Assembly: GCA_951804945.1 (NCBI GenBank)
Contig: OX638151.1
Coordinates: forward strand, 85,188,001 to 85,252,000
Direction of reading: 5' to 3'
DNA from: Podarcis cretensis
Lineage: Eukaryota
Length of the DNA: 64,000 nt
The notes below the pieces were generated by a model. That model did no database searches, had not been told where the DNA came from, and saw only the letters and a list, made by a program, of their open reading frames with translations. This document shows, piece after piece, positions 57,970 to 64,000 of this stretch. Within the stretch, counting starts at the first letter, position 1, and each line of letters starts with the position of its first letter. The translations under genes were made by a program, and so were the position numbers.

Positions 57970-59088
57970 AAGATAATTGGTGCCGGCAGCCTAGCTGCTT
58001 GGATAGTAAAGATCTGAATATAAACCTCCCATGCTTCCACTGGTGGGGGAAATGTTAAAGGGGCTGCTTTTCCACCTCTCCAAACAGATTATTGGCTCTA
58101 CCATGTTGACAAAACACAGCTAAACCTTCGGTTACGTGAATATAATACTGGTAACAACACACACAAAACGTCAGGCTGTTTGTGACTATGTAACTTCTTT
58201 TTCAAAAACAACTCAGCATGTAATACACAATATCACAAGGTGTAATTCCATAAATCAAGAGAACATATTCTGATAAATTGAAGTCCAATGGATGGTCATG
58301 AGAGGCAGTCCATTCAGTTGTAAATTTGGCAAACAGGCAATAACCACGATATGGTATGCTTATCCTGTGGTGTTCCACATCTCACCGCTTTCAGGATTCT
58401 AGCGTTCTAGTGTTCCTTACATGCAGATAGCAGATGGAAAACTTGAAAGCATGGCACAACAAGGATTCCGGGATAATACCTTGTTTTGCCCCATCAGGCT
58501 TTGTCAGCCATACATACTCATAACTCTACCTATTATGTTCCATGTTTTCGGCACACAAGAATATGAGTATGCACAGCTGACGAAGCCAGATTGGGCGAAA
58601 CAAGGTATTATCCCGGAATCCTTGTCATGCCATACTTTCTAGCTTTCCATCTGATACCTACATGTAAGGAACACTAGAACGCTAGAATCCTCAAAGCAGC
58701 GAGATGTGGAACACCACAGGATAAGCATACCATATCGTGGTTATTGCCTGTTTGCCAAATTAATAACTGAATGGACTGTCTCTCCTGACCATCCATTGAA
58801 CTTTAATTTATCAGAATATGTTCTGTTGATTTATGGAATTACACATTGTGATATTGTATATTCCATGTTGAATTGTTTTTGAAAAAGAAGTTACATAGTC
58901 ACAAACCAGTATTATATTCACGTAACCTAAAGTTTAGCTGTGTTTTGCCAACATGGTAGAGCCAATAATCTGTTTGGAGAGGTGATAAAGCAGCCCCTTT
59001 AACATTTTCCCCGCATCAGGGGAAGCCTGGGAGTTTATATTCAGATCCTTATCCTCCAAACAGCTAGGTTAACGGCACCAGTTATCTT
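57970..59088. repeat. Long inverted repeat (foldback) in the PHIP 3' UTR
   Basis: 57970-58522 is the reverse complement of 58562-59088 (e.g. 58323-58383 pairs perfectly with 58701-58761). 39-nt loop; one 27-nt bulge. Confidence 0.97.
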
Positions 59089-62000
59089 ATGTTTTGTGTG
59101 TGTCTACCATTTTGGCAACATTGACAGTCTGTGTTAATATGTAGTTTCCAGTCCGGGTTTGAGGACTGCAGGTGGAAGCAACTTCAGGAACTATGTATGC
59201 AACACAGCTTTGTATGCAACTTGATACTCAGTTCATTAGTGCACATATGTTGCTCGCAGTTGATGGCATCTGAGGTTCAAGATTAATATGCATCTTTCAT
59301 CCATTTGTGTCCATGGCAATTGGTTCTTAAAATGCATTTCTGATTTTATCGCAAATACTCATAAACATCAAGATAATTCACTTTTATTTGAAGTAGACTA
59401 ATTGACGTTATGATCAGGCCAGTTTAGAATGTTTGGAGGCAGGGAAGATTCTGTTTTGGTTGGTTAGTTGCCATCACCATCTCCTCTAAATAACCCATAT
59501 TGGTTTGGCTTTTAAGAAAATATCTTCAACTAAGAGTATTTGCCAAATCGTGATTTACAGTAGAATAATAAATTCTACTGGCACTAGTCCTCCTTGGATA
59601 CCTATTTTCATTAGCATATTATAATTATGGGATTTGGGACACTGACTTATGTTTTTAAACATGCATTCTTACTAATATTGCAGACATTAAACATGAAAAT
59701 ATTTCAGCAGCCTATGTACAGTGATAGTTCATTTCACAATGGAAGCATTGCAGTAGATTTATCTGGTCCATTTAAGAATTTCACTGTTGATGAAGGCAAT
59801 CAATTTCAAATGTGTGATTTCCTTTTGTTATCTGCATTGTTATATAAAAGAAATTGGCAAAGCAAACATGAAACCCCATTACTGTAAGTTACTCCTTTTA
59901 TAACTATGTCCCACTTGGCATATATTTATGTATATACTTGTATACATCAAGTATGTGTATGTAACGTTGGAGAATGGAATAGTACACATCACCATCATAG
60001 TGTCTGAAAATTACACATTTCAGAACAAAAGAATCAAGTCTTATTTGCAGTACACAAATGTATTGTTCCCCATTCATGAATAATTTTGTACTAAGAATTC
60101 ACAAGCTTATTTTTTTTCTAACATTATTTTGGTAATACATTTGTGTGGAAACACTTAAAACTGTAATTGTGCTAGATATACTACATAAGTGTTTTAAATT
60201 GCATTGGTTTGACTTAAATTACTGTCATTGGTTAGATTTGACTGATTTGCAAAAAAAATATTGTACCAACACAGAAGAGCTTTTGATTTAGCACATTTTA
60301 ATATAAGCAATAAATACTGGTTCACTAACTTTTGGAGGGGGAAACCGTAATGAAATGTGTTATGGATAAAACTATTGAGAGCAAAGTAATATTTATTTTA
60401 TGGCACATTTACATGGAAAATACTATGTAGACACTCTTTCTGTTGGTAATTACAGATATTCACACAAGCAATTATCTTACAAACTTGGCAGTAATGAAAA
60501 CAAATGTAAAATGCAGTCTACTGATACAGCTTCTGATACAGAGCGGTCCATTAGTTCCATAATGCTGAACATTAAATTACTTCAATATTAACCAGTGGTT
60601 ACTATACAGCGATGTCTGATAGCAGCACATTCCATTTTCTTTGATTGGGAAATAAGTTCATTTTCACTCCAGTAATCAATCCCTTGTTTGGCTAAACGGG
60701 TTTGAAATTTAATTGTTTCCCAGGGATTAAGCTTGAATTACATTGGTATAATACTGGGTACTGAAGAAATGATCTTTATCATTGTGGTATGAGTAGCGAT
60801 GCAGCTTTACAAAACCCGTCTTCCTATAGTACTGCTGTGATGTAAACTTGCACAAAATTATTCGTACCATACTGTCAATTTTTCCATGTGTTGTTTAATA
60901 CTTTATCTTAGTTTGGATTGATCTTTGTAAAATACCAATTCAAAAGCATGTAGTACTTCTCAACGTTTAAAAATGAATGGGGACATAGTTTCAGTACATA
61001 AGTCATGTGCTGTGTTACGACTCTTTGTGAAATACCAATTTGAGCTTTCAGTTTCATGAGCTTTAGTACATCTAAAGTGATATTAAGACCCCAACCAGAA
61101 CTCCATACACACAGCTCTTAGTGTGTTGATTTCTGCAAAGAGCTGATCCTACTGTGCTGAAGAATGTGGATCCTTTGCTTTGAAGCAAGAGCTCCTGGTG
61201 GTCTATTTAATGAAAGCTTAAGGCCACAATCCAGTCGTGCCTTGCATCCTCAGGGCATGCAGGAGTTTCCTGCCATCCATCTCACCCACACCGGCCATCA
61301 GACTTCCCACAACTGGAGAGGTGCACTTGTGGGACAGCTGTGTCCTAGTGTGTGTAAGGGACCGACTGGATTGATCCTTATTGTAAATTTTGATGTATCA
61401 ATCTTGCATTTCATGTTCTTGGACCTAAGCAATCATCTGATAAAAGGGCTGTTCAGTTTCTGCTGTAAATAATGTACATATGTTTATAATTCAAAAAAGG
61501 TGTACATTTCATATATAGTGGCCAAGTCTGAAAATTATTTCTAATATAACAAAATCTGGTATTGTGTTTTTTTTTAATGTGCTAACTTTACATAATTACT
61601 CTTGGAATAATGGTGAAACAGAAAATTATTTTGTTGCTCTCATTTCCCCATTTGGTTCACAACCTTTTGGAATAAAAGGTACCCTCTGTTTCAGGAAGGT
61701 TACATTTATTTCAGGATATTTTTTGTTAAAGTACCGTAGATGTGAGATGGCATTTTGAAGATGGAAATAGCATATTTGCTGTTAAAGACCAAACCCCAAA
61801 TCTGCCTTTTTTAAAGGGTAAATAATTTAAGGAGCTATTTATATGAAAAATCATTTTTCTTTTGATACCAAAAAGGGAGCCAAATGCTGAATATTTGAAT
61901 TTTAAATAAATGCAGATAATTGCTTCAGGATATGGTATAAATTTTTGTTCATGATATAATTAGTGCTGAAAATTACTATACCTTTAAAGATACAGCACCA

Positions 62001-62551
62001 AATTTCTACACTTTCACATAAGACATTTAACATGGTATATTTATCTCAGATGCATGTTTTAAAAAGGATAGGCTATTGACACACATTTTGAAGTTACATT
62101 TTTGGACCATTACACTGCAAAAATTGAAAAGAAAGTGATTGAGTGAATACCTTAAATCTTGCCACTTAATGTTGAAACATATAATGTAGTGTAACTTAAG
62201 GAAATTGTCTGGAACATTGATTTTGAAACTGACACATTTTAAAGCTTTGCTTACTTTGTACAGTATGGTGTAAATCCCAAAAATGTTCATGTAACCAACA
62301 TACAGTTTTACAAGTTTAGGTTTTATCAAGGTTATTTTCTTTCTCTTCTGCTTTATCAAGTTATAAAGTGCAGTCTCACACCAGGATGAACAGTGCCCTT
62401 TCTTTTTGTACATATTGATCGAAACTTTTATTGTTATGTGAAACACTTACGTTGGTTTTGATGAATAATACTTGGAATCCTTTTATACAAACTAGAATGT
62501 ATGTGTATGAATTACTGTCACTGCAATGTAGTAACTACAAACCTATTTTTA

Positions 62552-62557
62552 AATAAA
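62552..62557 (+). terminator. Candidate distal polyadenylation signal
   Basis: AATAAA followed by tttttc and gctttgctttggtt U/GU-rich tracts; repeats resume just downstream. Confidence 0.6.
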
Positions 62558-64000
62558 TAGAAAACTCGTTTTTCTAAGCTGCTTTGCTTTGGTTATTAAA
62601 CTAATATAAATGTGTGAAGTACACAAGTTGTGTCTAAAAAGTTTCACCATACTGCAATCCTACGTTGACCCAAAAATAAGCCCCATCAAGTTCAATGAGT
62701 CTTAGTCCCAGGTAAGTTTCTACAGGACTGCAACCTCAATGACTTAAATATAAAGGATATTGATTGGCAACAAGAGCAATTTAGTTTCTTAACACAAATG
62801 CTCTAATGGAACTGGTAAATTTTACTACCATCATTACATGTGTGAGACAGCCTTACAAATTCTATTATCTAGAGATGTGTGATCAACTTTCTTTCTGAAG
62901 GCAGTTATTCTTAACAGGTGCATAGGCAGGTTTGATACTATAATATAAAATGGACATTGTCTTGGGCTAGGAGAATGAAAAACATCTGCATCATTTCCTT
63001 GTTAGGAAAAGCTGTCCGTCCCCATAACCTTGCTTCCTTACATTAGCAAAGCCGGAATAAATTCCACAAAAATAGCAAACTGCAGATGAAATACAAAAAG
63101 TGAATAATTCATACAGGTTGGAAAGTTAAAATTTTATTAAATTGGAGATTAAGAAACTATAGGCAGAGTTGTAAGTTCTATCCTTTTTGTTTAAACTGCA
63201 TTCCTTAATCTGTGAAACTATTCAAGCAGAAATCACTCGACACCTTGCCTAGTCTCACCACCAACACCCAAAAATTAGCAAGTTTTTCAGCAACAATGCA
63301 GTTTTACAGTATTTCCATCTCTTATTCAAAATTTCTTAACTCAATATTTGAAGGCCAGGAGCTTCTGGCATCCAAGGAATTTCTCCCCTGATAAAACTAC
63401 TCTCAGCAGAGATTTCTTGAACTACACTGACAATGTAGCATTTCACCAAATGCAATTTGTCCAGTGTAAAACACTGGAAAAAAGTTTCTGTCATCAGCCA
63501 TTAAGAAAAACCAAGTGGCCTTTATACAATTCTTCAAACTTGGGAGTAACTGGGTATCTGGACAAAACTGTTGCCCCACATACAAAGGTCTGAAAGACCT
63601 ATGTGAAGAAAGCATGCCTCCATTCATTTGCAAATCTGAAAATAATCCACATGTACAAAGAGCTCCTGCTTCCTGTTGTAGGAGACAACTTCCAAGTTTA
63701 CCTCTCTTAAGTTACCAAGCAAAAACTTTAAACTTCCTTGCTCCAGAAACACGCTAGAAGGGCAGACCAGTTCCTTAAAAACTAGTGTTCATTTAGTGTT
63801 TTCACAGTATATTTTAGTTTCAAATATTCATGATTTCCCTTAAAATGTGCAGTGCCTTGGAACGTAACCCCTGTGTATAAATTGGAAGTTGCCTGTATTT
63901 ACATTATCCTAAACAGTATATTAAAAATGTACTTCTATCTATGGCTTTCACAAGCATTCACTAGGTTGATTCCAAAGTTTATTTTATTCATGGAAGGAGC

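Larger units (their letters stand above)
56353..62580 (+). other. PHIP: PHIP long 3' UTR (about 6.2 kb, AU-rich)
   Basis: Follows the stop codon; AT-rich and essentially free of the recognisable TEs that are abundant in the introns. The end is inferred from AATAAA at 62552 with U-rich sequence downstream. Confidence 0.7.

Noticed and set aside
58143-58150. TAATACTG (miR-200b/429 seed) in the left arm and its 8-mer site CAGTATTA in the right arm
   Set aside because: Only an 8-nt match, and the pairing is implied by the inverted repeat. The rest does not resemble a miR-200 precursor.
58421-58642. 73-aa ORF spanning the hairpin centre
   Set aside because: Lies in the 3' UTR, has no recognisable homology, and is of chance length.

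Overview
Vertebrate genomic DNA, most likely from a squamate reptile and probably a lacertid lizard (inferred from Sauria SINEs, Squam3-like and POM/Squam2-like SINEs, BovB, L2 and Penelope-like repeats). The window lies almost entirely inside one + strand gene, PHIP (BRWD2/DCAF14; WD40 repeats, PBR/cryptic Tudor region, two bromodomains). It begins in a long 5' intron and contains 36 GT-AG coding exons (11044-56352; equivalent to human exons 5-40 by my recollection of that gene). These join in frame to 5271 nt (1756 codons plus stop). A roughly 6.2-kb 3' UTR follows, ending near AATAAA at 62552. The most striking unexplained feature is a roughly 1.1-kb inverted repeat inside the 3' UTR (57970-59088; arms of about 530-550 nt, about 90% complementary, 39-nt loop), predicted to fold into a very long dsRNA hairpin. 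Its mismatches are skewed toward A-C on the sense strand. Other highlights: minimal hammerhead ribozyme motifs in Penelope-like ends (one with a compensatory stem change, one pair forming a perfect 86-bp palindrome), a candidate 16-nt frameshifting poison microexon, a (TG)n-preceded cryptic exon, tandem splice sites, and small indels relative to the human protein. Most ORFs in the ORF track are spurious. Comparisons to human PHIP and repeat-family names are from memory, not from a database search.
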